A stretch of DNA of 64,000 nucleotides. Origin: an uncultured Lachnospiraceae bacterium. GTDB lineage: Bacteria > Bacillota > Clostridia > Christensenellales > UBA1242. Made by a program: the position numbers and the translations under genes. The DNA lies in NCBI GenBank assembly GCA_964393975.1, contig CAYMVO010000004.1, positions 4,101-68,100 on the forward strand, given 5' to 3'. Shown here one piece after another: positions 22,011 to 31,300 of this stretch. Position 1 is the stretch's first letter, and each line of letters begins with the position of its first letter. Below the pieces are notes generated by a model, which was given only the letters and a program-made list of their open reading frames with translations, did not search any database and was not told the DNA's origin.

Positions 22011-22257
22011 AAAATCACTCCTAACCAATAGCTATAGAGACTAAGATTAATACAAACACGCGCTCACACGCTTTATAAAATCTTAATAAACTCATCAAAC
22101 TAAAATCTTAGATTTTTATTTTTTAGCTATTTAAACCACCCACAAACCCATTAAAGTAAACTCATACAAAGTAATCTAAAAATGACAAGTCTCTCTCGCA
22201 TTATTCTTATATTTTTTAATAGTTTAGTAAATAGTTTCTATAAATAGCCTTGCAAAA

Positions 22258-23250
22258 CTAAATAAACCTTTCCTGCGCGCACGCATTGTTATTTATCGTA
22301 TGAGGAATGTTTTTAGTCTTCATACTCTTAATATCTTTCATCATTTGTGTATGTTCAACGGCATCCATTCTTCTAGCAAAATTTTTAAGCAACTGCTTTC
22401 TATACTCAAAAATTGCTCGACAATTTTCCACGTAGTCAATATCAATCTGCTTGTCCGATTCGATATAGACATCTTTTAAAATCTCATCCATATCCAAATT
22501 GTAAATATTAGATACGAGTTCTCTTATTTCAGGGGACTTTTTCGCAGTAACATAAATTTGCTTTGCTAAATCTTTCGTCTTATCGTCAGCACTATCAGTA
22601 TTAGCCATTCGCAAAAATTGTGGATACCCGCGCTCTATATACTCACTTCTGGATACGATATCGCCGTTTTCCTTTTCGCGCCACAAGTTAAAGCAAAAAC
22701 CATTATCAAATATAGGTGCAAGCTTCATCTCTTTTTTGCTTATCAAAAACTCTATATTATCAAAATGTCTATCCGCTTGCGCAAAAAAATAATCTAAAAC
22801 CGCCATTTTTGTGAGACATTTTTTAGCGTTTTTAGCGTCAAATTTCAGTCCCATATTCTTCGCAAAAAAACTAGACAAATCAATCACATCATCTATAACC
22901 ACATCATCACCAAAAGAAAGGTCTAGCAAATCACTTTTTTGCATAATATCGCCAAAACTAATCGTCTCTAACGTATCTTTTTCCCAAAAATAATCAATGA
23001 GTGTACCGTGACTTAAATTTTTATCAATAAACATTTGCGCAAAGACCGCATTTACACAATTACAATTAAGTCTTTTACAAACTTTACTATAAAACACTTC
23101 ACCAAAACTAGTCGGTACTTCTTTTTTCTCTACAAACCCGCAATTCGCTTTAAAGACATATTTACCACTATCAGTCACAATGAGTCTTTTAGCATTGATG
23201 CCATATACCATATTTACGCTTTTGTGTCTTATTTTGCATAAGTCAATCAT
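22258..23250 (-). CDS. HipA-core (HipT-like) Ser/Thr kinase paralogue 1, coupled to HipS-like ORF
   Basis: Start set at MIDLCKIR (ATG 23250..23248), overlapping the upstream stop as ATGA. GKYVFKAN, PTSFGEV, DYFFAQADRHFDNIEF, LAPIFDNG. Confidence 0.7.
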   Translation of the reverse strand: MIDLCKIRHKSVNMVYGINAKRLIVTDSGKYVFKANCGFVEKKEVPTSFGEVFYSKVCKRLNCNCVNAVFAQMFIDKNLSHGTLIDYFWEKDTLETISFGDIMQKSDLLDLSFGDDVVIDDVIDLSSFFAKNMGLKFDAKNAKKCLTKMAVLDYFFAQADRHFDNIEFLISKKEMKLAPIFDNGFCFNLWREKENGDIVSRSEYIERGYPQFLRMANTDSADDKTKDLAKQIYVTAKKSPEIRELVSNIYNLDMDEILKDVYIESDKQIDIDYVENCRAIFEYRKQLLKNFARRMDAVEHTQMMKDIKSMKTKNIPHTINNNACAQERFI

Positions 23251-23573
23251 ACAGCTACTTCCACCCAATATTTATCTTGATTTTGCGACAAGAAAGCAAA
23301 CTTTTTGAGCATGGTAAAATCGTCATCTTTTTTAGATATTTTAGCGGATAGCATAATATCCATTCTCATACGCACACTCTCTACAATCTTACCAAACTCA
23401 CTAAAAAGCTCTTTACTTCTCAAATTGTTTGAGCCACTCAAACTATAAAAATTACTAGTAACGTATTTTTTAAACGCACTTTCACCTTCTATATTTGAAT
23501 TGTAGACATATTCATCGCCGTCTTTGGTCAATTCACCTAAAGTAATTTCTTTAAAATGTAGTATAATTTTCAT
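23247..23573 (-). CDS. HipS-like small protein (resembles HipA N-terminal subdomain 1)
   Basis: 108 aa from ATG 23573 (GAGG 5 nt upstream). KEITLGELTKDGDEYVYNS parallels the HipA N-terminus (..VGELTKL..). TGA overlaps the kinase ATG. Confidence 0.55.
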   Translation of the reverse strand: MKIILHFKEITLGELTKDGDEYVYNSNIEGESAFKKYVTSNFYSLSGSNNLRSKELFSEFGKIVESVRMRMDIMLSAKISKKDDDFTMLKKFAFLSQNQDKYWVEVAV

Positions 23574-23589
23574 AAACACCTCTACCTAA

Positions 23590-23618
23590 AGTATAACATT
23601 AACGTCAAAATATGTCAA
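23590..23618 (-). promoter_or_regulatory. sigma-A-type promoter for the HipS-like/HipT-like pair
   Basis: Minus strand TTGACA-17 nt-TATACT, 16 nt upstream of the RBS. Confidence 0.55.
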
Positions 23619-23630
23619 TAGTGATATCAT

Positions 23631-23680
23631 AAAACATTGTGTCGCTTCGTCTAGCAACTAGACCTATAAACGACACAATA
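23631..23680 (-). terminator. terminator after the lipoprotein gene
   Basis: ATTGTGTCG...CGACACAAT 9-bp arms with inner TCTAG/CTAGA pairing, then GTTTTAT on the minus strand. Confidence 0.55.
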
Positions 23681-23694
23681 TCACATAGTTTCTA

Positions 23695-24321
23695 TTAATA
23701 CTTAACGCTAAAATCAATATTATAATTTATATCATTATATGTATAAGTAAACTCAGCATTTTTCATAGTGCTATCTTGATTTAAGGCAATAGTAATATTT
23801 AAATCTTTTACACCCTCAAACAAAAACACACTATAAAAATCATTCTTTACGCTAGCAGAAAATGTATCCTTTTCTTTATTTATAGTAAAATTTTCAAAAT
23901 AATTTGTTTTTATAGGATTTTTAACACTACTCCACTCGCCAGTGACTTCTGTCACCAGTCCTTCACGCCATATTATTTCACCATTTACGGTTTCTCCAAC
24001 CTGCCCGTCAAAATAATACTTTGTACTTTCGGTGATTTTATACAAATCGGTACTATCAAGTGATAATTCATTTAGCTTTTTAGTAATAGTCTTTAAAGTT
24101 AGCATTTTCTTGCCGTCTTTTTCACTGACTACAAGCGTTTGACTATCATACAATTCGTGCTCTCCCGCCATAAAAGAAACGACTTTTGTAAATTCGGTTC
24201 CAACACTAGCGTTGTTATACGCATTTATAAAATCGTCCTCATTCAACTCTTTTGCGCATCCCGCAATCAAAAAACACATACATATCACGCACGCAAAAGA
24301 CGCTAAAATCTTACCTCTCAT
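23695..24321 (-). CDS. lipoprotein, unknown function
   Basis: 208 aa; lipobox FLIAGC (Cys22); ATG overlaps the stop of the upstream gene (ATGA at 24318-24321), with AGGAGG inside the upstream ORF end. Confidence 0.7.
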   Translation of the reverse strand: MRGKILASFACVICMCFLIAGCAKELNEDDFINAYNNASVGTEFTKVVSFMAGEHELYDSQTLVVSEKDGKKMLTLKTITKKLNELSLDSTDLYKITESTKYYFDGQVGETVNGEIIWREGLVTEVTGEWSSVKNPIKTNYFENFTINKEKDTFSASVKNDFYSVFLFEGVKDLNITIALNQDSTMKNAEFTYTYNDINYNIDFSVKY

Positions 24322-26231
24322 ACAAACCTCCTATTCACAAAAGCAAGTGGCAACACACTCACCACCGAGCCCACCGAAACAAGTACATTACGCCAAATAT
24401 TTTTGCTCTTGTCGGCACTAATACTCAAATCGTCATTTATGCTTTTGCACAAATCGTTGTATTGAGTGATTTTTTGACTCAAAGTCTCGTAATCTACAAG
24501 TGTTTTATCCGCATCACTTAGTGTATTATACATTTTTATAGCGGACGCTATCACCTCATATTTACCAATATCAACATCACCAACAATTTCAATTGCTTGA
24601 TTAACGCTAGACACTAAAAAACTTGTCTTGAAATAAATTGAAACAACATTAGAGTCAAAATAATTCTCATCACCTTTCAAATAAACGGTTATATCATAAT
24701 CTTCGTTTTCATTTAATCCGCAAAGTTCACTCCCCTCGCTCAATTCATCATTTAGGCTTATCACAAAAGACCTATCAAAAATAATCTTATCACCACCAAC
24801 GATATAATTTACTTTATCTAACACTTGTGGCGCTTTTTCTATAATAAAATCTACGCTTTTGGTAGGCAATGTATAATTTTGATTGTTTATGCTAGCAGTT
24901 ACGGTATAAGTACCAGCATTTATAGCGTTGCCACTATAAGAAAGTTTTACTTGCACCGCACCTGTGTCAAAGTCCAATACACCACCAATAGTAGCGGTGA
25001 CATTGTTTTGTTTTAATCCATTATAAACGACTCTATCATAGTTATCAAATTCAAGCGACAACACTTTTGGTTCCACGACTATATTTATAACTTTTTGTTC
25101 TATATTATAGTTCACCGTATCATAAGGTATGAGCTTCATTACATAACCCGAATTATTTACAATAGGATACAGCATTTCATTTTCCCACTTAAACTCGCCT
25201 AATTTATGATAATTATTAAATGTAGCATTTTTCAACTGCTCTCCATACACCACACTAGACACGCTAGGAAAATCGGCATTAATACTCGCTTTCTTTATAT
25301 CAACATATAGCGTTATAGTCAAATCGTTATAGTTTGCACTATCAAGGTTGTAAATCGCACTAAAACTTTTATTCGCGCAAGAGATTTCTTGCTCGGCGTC
25401 TACCCAGCTAAACCCATTTTTTAGACCGACATCTTTTAATCTTATCCCTTCAAAATATGTGATGGAAAGCGTAGGCTTTGATATATCATCTTCGCTCACG
25501 GTTGCTTTATTTACCACCACCATATACTGACCACTAAGAGAATAATTTGTATTTAAAGCGGTCGCCGTTATCGTGTAATTTCCCGCGCTAAACACCGTAT
25601 CTTGACTTAGCTCAATATTTGCATCGTCGCCACTTATCACGCCATTAAGCGTATACTTAAGATTTTGATATGTCCTATCAAAAGTCAACTCCTCAAACTC
25701 AATAGTCAATGCTTTTGGCGTTATATAAAACTCGCTTGAAAGGTTAAGCGTCTCATAAAACGAATGCGACACCGTTGCAGTCACGACATACGCTTTACTA
25801 CTAGCATTCACTTGCCCGTTGCCACTATATTCCACAGTAGCAGTCTCGCCGTAAGGAAGAATGAGCGTATTTACGCTAAGACTCTTTTTTGTGCCGTCAT
25901 ATACAAAAGATGCAGTCGGCAAAGTAATATTATCAATAATTGCAGGTTTTATTATCAAGGTTGCAGTAAGCTCTTGTGTCTCGCCGTTTAGCTCAAAAGT
26001 TGCGGTCGCATTGTAGGTATTTGGCTCTGTCCCAACATTATTTTCATACATCACCACAATAGAAGAGTCCAACCCAACGACGTATATACCTTGCTCGTTA
26101 CCGTTATAGTAGACTGTTTTATCCTCAAAAATGATTTCGCTAGTACCCTCGCTAGCAAAAAGCGTCTCAATATTTACATTTACTAGCAAAGCACATAGCA
26201 TAAAACAAAATAAAAATATGTGTCTTTTCAT
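24318..26231 (-). CDS. cell-surface protein with MBG-like (YGX-type) repeat modules
   Basis: 637 aa; signal peptide; repeated modules carrying YNG..Q, GTYTVTA/GNYTITA, NYTL/NYSL signatures; C-terminal hydrophobic anchor VLVSVGSVVSVLPLAFV. Confidence 0.55.
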   Translation of the reverse strand: MKRHIFLFCFMLCALLVNVNIETLFASEGTSEIIFEDKTVYYNGNEQGIYVVGLDSSIVVMYENNVGTEPNTYNATATFELNGETQELTATLIIKPAIIDNITLPTASFVYDGTKKSLSVNTLILPYGETATVEYSGNGQVNASSKAYVVTATVSHSFYETLNLSSEFYITPKALTIEFEELTFDRTYQNLKYTLNGVISGDDANIELSQDTVFSAGNYTITATALNTNYSLSGQYMVVVNKATVSEDDISKPTLSITYFEGIRLKDVGLKNGFSWVDAEQEISCANKSFSAIYNLDSANYNDLTITLYVDIKKASINADFPSVSSVVYGEQLKNATFNNYHKLGEFKWENEMLYPIVNNSGYVMKLIPYDTVNYNIEQKVINIVVEPKVLSLEFDNYDRVVYNGLKQNNVTATIGGVLDFDTGAVQVKLSYSGNAINAGTYTVTASINNQNYTLPTKSVDFIIEKAPQVLDKVNYIVGGDKIIFDRSFVISLNDELSEGSELCGLNENEDYDITVYLKGDENYFDSNVVSIYFKTSFLVSSVNQAIEIVGDVDIGKYEVIASAIKMYNTLSDADKTLVDYETLSQKITQYNDLCKSINDDLSISADKSKNIWRNVLVSVGSVVSVLPLAFVNRRFV

Positions 26232-26243
26232 TTATTTCTCCTA

Positions 26244-27311
26244 TTAAATGTTTGTATAACTAATCACCGTAGTAGGTGTCATATCCAAATCGCAAAGTCC
26301 TTTCCCAGCGAGTAAGTCGTAGTACCCTGCCGAGCCTATCATTGCGCCGTTATCCGTGCAAAGTGAAACGGGTGGAACAAATACTTTCACATTATATTTT
26401 GCGCCACATTCAATACATTTATTAGCAATAAATCTATTAGCAGATACACCCCCCGCTAGCACTAACTTATTTAGCCCATATTCGTTGCATAGTCTTATTG
26501 CTTTTGTGCTAAGTTCTTTTGCGACGAGCGACTGAAAACTACAACAAACATCCGCCACATTAATCTCTTCGCCTCGCTCCTTATTGTTATGAATATAGTT
26601 TATCACCGCAGTCTTGACACCGCTAAAACTAAAATTGTATGAGTGCTTTAAAGCGTTTTGCTTTTTAAACTCAATTATGTTTTTACCCTCTAGCGCCTTC
26701 TTTTCCACCTTTGGTCCCCCAGGATACCCTAGACCAACCTCACGAGCGACTTTGTCAAAGCACTCTCCGACCGCATCATCGGTAGTTTGACCGACCAATT
26801 TCCAATCGGTATAATCATTTATTATAAATAGCGAGGTGTGTCCCCCGCTAATCACTAGACAAGCAAATGGTGGTTTTAAATCTTTATATGCAATATAGTT
26901 TGATGCTAAATGCCCTTCAATATGATTTACCCCAATTAGCGGAACATTAAGCGAATAAGCAAGACCTTTTGCAAAATTCACCCCCACAAACAGTGCACCA
27001 ATAAGCCCAACGCCTTTTGTGACTGCCACCGCATCAATATCGCCAAGCGTGATATTTGCCTCTCTAATCGCCTCGTTAAACACATTACTAATAGCGGAGA
27101 TATGGTTTCTAGATGCCACCTCAGGCACCACCCCGCCAAACCTCTCGTGAATAGGTATTTGCGAACTAACAATATTGCTTAGCACCTCACGACCATTTTT
27201 CACCACCGCAACGCTAGTCTCATCGCAACTAGACTCAATAGCGACAATAATAATATCTTTTTTTGTCTTTAACGCATCCATTTTCTTTTGCATTTCTTCA
27301 AAATAACTCAT
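26244..27311 (-). CDS. tsaD: tRNA N6-adenosine threonylcarbamoyltransferase TsaD
   Basis: 355 aa; AIESSCDETSVAVV, GVNHIEGHL, ISGGHTS, LAGGVSAN. Confidence 0.95.
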   Translation of the reverse strand: MSYFEEMQKKMDALKTKKDIIIVAIESSCDETSVAVVKNGREVLSNIVSSQIPIHERFGGVVPEVASRNHISAISNVFNEAIREANITLGDIDAVAVTKGVGLIGALFVGVNFAKGLAYSLNVPLIGVNHIEGHLASNYIAYKDLKPPFACLVISGGHTSLFIINDYTDWKLVGQTTDDAVGECFDKVAREVGLGYPGGPKVEKKALEGKNIIEFKKQNALKHSYNFSFSGVKTAVINYIHNNKERGEEINVADVCCSFQSLVAKELSTKAIRLCNEYGLNKLVLAGGVSANRFIANKCIECGAKYNVKVFVPPVSLCTDNGAMIGSAGYYDLLAGKGLCDLDMTPTTVISYTNI

Positions 27312-27315
27312 AAAA

Positions 27316-28411
27316 CTAACCTTTTGATTTTAATAAATAGTCTTCTATAAACTCTTGGATTTCACCATTCATTACCGACTGTATATCGGTCTTTTCATAG
27401 CTTGTCCTATGGTCCTTGACGAGCGTATACGGACAGAAAACGTAACTGCGGATTTGACTACCCCACTCAATCTTTTTGAGTGAACCTTTTATTTGATTTA
27501 GTCTTGCTTCTTCCTCTTCTTCACGTTTTTGCAAGAGTTTACTCTTTAGTATTCTAAACGCCATTTCTTTATTTTGTAGTTGCGACCTTTCGTTTTGGCA
27601 AGTCACCACAATACCTGTCGGAAAGTGTGTGATTCTTATAGCGCTATCGGTCTTATTGACGTGTTGACCGCCCGCGCCACTACTCCTATAAGTATCTATG
27701 CGGATATCATCGCTCTTTATCTCAATCTCATCATCACGCATTATCTCAGGCACAACTTCCACGCTCGCAAAACTCGTATGCCTTCTAGCCCCGCTATCAA
27801 AAGGACTAATACGAACGAGTCTATGTACACCCATTTCCGCTTTCATATACCCATAGGCGTAGCTACCCTCCATAGTAAAAGTAATACTCTTGTATCCTGC
27901 GACATCACCTGCTTGCTCATCTAATATAGTTATCTTATAGTCGTACTTGTCCGCATACATTGAATACATTCTATATAGCATACTCGCCCAATCTTGCGCC
28001 TCAGTACCACCAGCTCCGGCGTGGATAGTGATTATCGCTTTGCTACTATCGTGCTTGCCGTCTAACATAGAAAAAAGTTTTAGTTGATGCAAGTCTTTCT
28101 GTACACTTTTCAATGCGTTTTCCGCATCAAGCGTCATCGTTTCATCTTCTTCGCTTAACTCTATCATACAGTCAATATCACTTAGCATTGTGTCTATTTT
28201 TCGCACATTTATTAGCAAATTCTCATAGTCTTTTATCTCTCTACCGACCGTTTGCACCGCTTCTGCGTTAGTCCAAAAATCGGGTGCTTCTTGTTGCACC
28301 TTTAACTCCTCTAGTCTTGCTTTTTTGCGACCTAAGTCAAAGACACTCCTTCAAAAGGTCGTACTCGCCTTTTATTTTGTTTAATTCAATTTTTATTTCA
28401 TCAATAGTCAT
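27316..28411 (-). CDS. prfB: peptide chain release factor 2, needs programmed +1 frameshift
   Basis: Frame 0 ATG 28411 gives MTIDEIKIELNKIKGEYDLLKECL then TGA. The +1 frame continues DLGRKKARLEELKVQQEAPDFW into the 327-aa ORF, which carries SPF and GGQ (SGAGGQHVNKTDSA). Confidence 0.95.
28336..28342 (-). other. prfB +1 frameshift site CTT TGA C
   Basis: Minus strand AAGGAGTGT CTT TGA C: SD-like AGGAG 3 nt before the CTT slippery codon and in-frame TGA. Confidence 0.9.
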
Positions 28412-28437
28412 ATTTTTTTCACTCCTTTATTTAATAG

Positions 28438-28466
28438 ATTATACCAAATTTCGCATATAAATTCAA
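28438..28466 (-). promoter_or_regulatory. sigma-A-type promoter for prfB
   Basis: Minus strand TTGAAT-17 nt-TATAAT with TG at -15/-14. Confidence 0.55.
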
Positions 28467-28556
28467 GCAATTTAGCAAACTTAGCTACATTATTGTCTAA
28501 ATATCAAAATTTACCTAAAAAATGTTTGAAAAAAATAACAATTTGTTTAAATTTAG

Positions 28557-28585
28557 TTGGAAAAAATCACAAAATAGGTTATAAT
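28557..28585 (+). promoter_or_regulatory. sigma-A-type promoter for the MscS gene
   Basis: TTGGAA-17 nt-TATAAT. Confidence 0.5.
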
Positions 28586-28628
28586 ATCTTTATTAAATTT
28601 TAGTCTTAGTGACAAATAAGGAGTACTT

Positions 28629-29669
28629 ATGAATTGGAATGAGATATGGGACACCATTTGGAATTTTATAAAAAATAATGGTACTAATATAGTAAATGCA
28701 ATACTAGTTTTGATATTTGGTTATGTGCTAATTAAGATAGTCAATAAATTAATAAAATCATTATTCGCAAAATCAAAGATAAACAAGGTAACGCAAAGTT
28801 TTTGTTGCTCTATACTTAGTTTTGCATTAAAATTTTTACTAGTAATGGCAGTGCTAAATTGTTTAGGTATTCAAACAACAGGTCTTATCGCTGTACTATC
28901 GGCAGCGGGATTAGCGGTATCGTTATCACTAAAGAGCTCATTATCAAACCTTGCAAACGGCATCGTTATCATCACCACACAACCATTTGAGGTCGGTGAC
29001 GAAGTAAAAGTAAACAATACCGAAGGTGTGGTGAAGTCAATCAATATGCTCACCTCCACCATCGTGACTTTCAACAATGAAGAGGTCACACTTCCAAACT
29101 CCGCCATCGTGGAAAATGCTATCATAAACTATAGCAGACTAAAGACTCGTCGTTCGGTTTTGAGTTTTTCAGTGGCATACGAGGCGAATGTAAACGAAGT
29201 CAAAAAAATATTGCTAGATGTTATACATTCAGACGGTAGGACATTGCTAGAGCCTGCCCCTTCAGTAGTCGTGAAAGAATTAGGAGAAGATTATATAACA
29301 CTAAGTGCGTATTTTTGGATGGATAGCGAAGATTACTATGCGGTAAATAACTATGTAAAAGAAACGGTTATAAATGAGTTTAAAAAGCATAACATTCCTA
29401 GAAATTATAAAAAATACACTATTTATAGCGATTGTGCGCAAAAATTAAACTATAATGATACACCACTAACTGAGCGTGTAGAAAAAATTCGCAAAGAAGA
29501 TGACGAGCAAGACCTCTTTGAAATACTAGAGGACAAAGCAAAAGAATACGAGTCCAAAAGGAAAAAAAGATTTGCTGAAAGAAAAAAAAGAAAACTTGAA
29601 AAAAAGCGTAAAAAAGAAAGCTCTACTTTAGAAGTATCAAATCAATCAAATAGCACCACCGCAAAATAA
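28629..29669 (+). CDS. MscS-family mechanosensitive channel with Lys-rich C-terminal tail
   Basis: 346 aa; three N-terminal TMs; NGIVIITTQPFEVGDEVKV...GVVKSINMLTSTI core; tail KRKKRFAERKKRKLEKKRKKE. Confidence 0.85.
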   Translation: MNWNEIWDTIWNFIKNNGTNIVNAILVLIFGYVLIKIVNKLIKSLFAKSKINKVTQSFCCSILSFALKFLLVMAVLNCLGIQTTGLIAVLSAAGLAVSLSLKSSLSNLANGIVIITTQPFEVGDEVKVNNTEGVVKSINMLTSTIVTFNNEEVTLPNSAIVENAIINYSRLKTRRSVLSFSVAYEANVNEVKKILLDVIHSDGRTLLEPAPSVVVKELGEDYITLSAYFWMDSEDYYAVNNYVKETVINEFKKHNIPRNYKKYTIYSDCAQKLNYNDTPLTERVEKIRKEDDEQDLFEILEDKAKEYESKRKKRFAERKKRKLEKKRKKESSTLEVSNQSNSTTAK

Positions 29670-29675
29670 ATAAAA

Positions 29676-29705
29676 ACATCTTCTTGGAGTCGGGAAGATG
29701 TTTTT
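29676..29705. terminator. bidirectional terminator between mscS and sodC-like genes
   Basis: ACATCTTC-10 nt-GAAGATGT with A-run upstream and T-run downstream. Confidence 0.8.
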
Positions 29706-29708
29706 AGA

Positions 29709-30233
29709 TTATTTTACTATAACACCGCAAGCAATTCTTTCACCAAAACTATCACTAACACTAGTCACATCATCTGATAATATGTGTATAATAACCGTTT
29801 TACCGATGATTTGTTTTACGGAAAATCTATTTGTCAAAAAAGCCATAAACGCACTACCGTTATTAGAAATGAGTGACGGCATATCACCTGCGTGCGCGGG
29901 GTGGTCGCAATTTTGCGGGTTAAAATGCCCACCTGCGCTAGAAAACGGACTGTCACCGCTTTTGCAGTCACCGCCCTCGTGGATATGAATAGCAAATTTA
30001 TTTATAGCGCAAAGGTCTTTTTTATCAGGTAGATTTTTCACCTCAATAGCCACTATCACCTCGCTAACACCTTGATAAAAAGCGACCACACCTTCTATAT
30101 CGGGAAACCGCTCACCACCCCTAATAACCGCATAAGCGCTTGGTTTACCGCTAATCAATCTCAAAATATCGTTTTTATCAAAATCAAAAACTTCTACATC
30201 ATCACTATATGAATGGATAAATCTTGTTTTCAT
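29709..30233 (-). CDS. Cu/Zn superoxide dismutase family protein, no signal peptide evident
   Basis: 174 aa; FAIHIHEGGDC, GGHFNP, HAGDMP, VIIHILSDD metal-ligand pattern. Confidence 0.75.
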   Translation of the reverse strand: MKTRFIHSYSDDVEVFDFDKNDILRLISGKPSAYAVIRGGERFPDIEGVVAFYQGVSEVIVAIEVKNLPDKKDLCAINKFAIHIHEGGDCKSGDSPFSSAGGHFNPQNCDHPAHAGDMPSLISNNGSAFMAFLTNRFSVKQIIGKTVIIHILSDDVTSVSDSFGERIACGVIVK

Positions 30234-30301
30234 TACACTCTCCTTTTATTACTTAATGATATATGCAAACAAAAAAGATTTGGTGAATGTAAATCCCAAA
30301 T

Positions 30302-31300
30302 CTAATTTTTTTCTACTATTTCATTTAAAAGCTTTTTATTTTCAAATATTATACTAGCACCTTTCACACCAAAGGTCTCATCGTCTAATATATTTACCGG
30401 TACATCAAGTCTTTTCCTCAAAAAGTTTTCCAAATCAGTGACCGCACTCCCCGATCCATATACATAAATGCCGTCACGAGAAATATCGTTTATAAGGTCG
30501 GCGCTTAGTTCGCTAATAACTATACTTATCCCATCGCAAATCTTGTCGTAAGCAATGCTAAACACTTCATACAAATCTTTTGCAAAGACCGTGCCTACCC
30601 TACTACTACGAGTCAACGCATCTACTCCGCTAAACTCAGTGTTTGCAATATCCGTTGGATGCAAACTACCTATCTCAGACTTTATCCTCTCGGCAGTTAG
30701 ACTAGAAATCACCACGCCAAACTTGTCATTTATGGAATCGATTAGCGCCATATCAATCACCGAACCCCCGAGCTCTATAGTGTATCCGTTTACAATGCTA
30801 TTTTGGCTGATGCACGCTATCTCAGTAGTGCCCGCCTCAATCCCCACCATAAGTCTACCATCGGGCTTTGAGATATCCAGTCCCGCACCGACACTCACCG
30901 CAATGCTAGACGGAATAAACCAAATTTGATTTATACCGCAATTAATAGCAAGTACTTCATACGCTCTTTTTTCGTCTAGTTCCAACGCGCAATTCACCAC
31001 AAAGACCGCTTTTATCTTGGTCGCAAAATTTTTATGCGAAAGGACTTTATCAAGAAAACTATTGAGGTAAATTTGCGCAAGCTCCATATTGTTTATCACG
31101 CCCGCTCTAAAAGGTTTTTCTATAAATACGCTACTATCACTCTTGCCGAGCATCTTTTTTGCCGACTCCCCGAATGCTTGCAACTTTATATTGCGACCTT
31201 TTTTTATAAACGCCACATAAGAAGACTCTTTGTATGTGTGATTATCATAGTTTATATAAGTATAATCATCACCAAATTTTATCACCAAATCTACATTCAT
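30302..31300 (-). CDS. MreB-like actin-fold protein with degenerate nucleotide-binding motifs
   Basis: 332 aa, collinear with MreB. Phosphate-2 VGIEAGTTEIACIS and GGSVIDMALIDSI are retained. Phosphate-1 DLGTANT is replaced by KFGDDYT, and the adenosine motif TGGGA by YGSGSA. Confidence 0.6.
   Translation of the reverse strand: MNVDLVIKFGDDYTYINYDNHTYKESSYVAFIKKGRNIKLQAFGESAKKMLGKSDSSVFIEKPFRAGVINNMELAQIYLNSFLDKVLSHKNFATKIKAVFVVNCALELDEKRAYEVLAINCGINQIWFIPSSIAVSVGAGLDISKPDGRLMVGIEAGTTEIACISQNSIVNGYTIELGGSVIDMALIDSINDKFGVVISSLTAERIKSEIGSLHPTDIANTEFSGVDALTRSSRVGTVFAKDLYEVFSIAYDKICDGISIVISELSADLINDISRDGIYVYGSGSAVTDLENFLRKRLDVPVNILDDETFGVKGASIIFENKKLLNEIVEKN

Noticed and set aside
22029-22257. 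Possible decayed HipS-like gene upstream of kinase paralogue 2
   Set aside because: The 229-bp gap is too short for a ~330-bp gene. My six-frame reading gave only a faint ...LWVV* resemblance to the HipS-like C-terminus (...YWVEVAV*), which is not enough evidence.
28336-28342. TGA read as tryptophan (genetic code 4), suggested by the AT-rich, Mollicute-like composition
   Set aside because: The presence of RF2 with a TGA-dependent autoregulatory frameshift argues for code 11. So does the consistent termination of conserved genes at TGA, for example the ATGA overlaps at 23247, 24318 and 63745.
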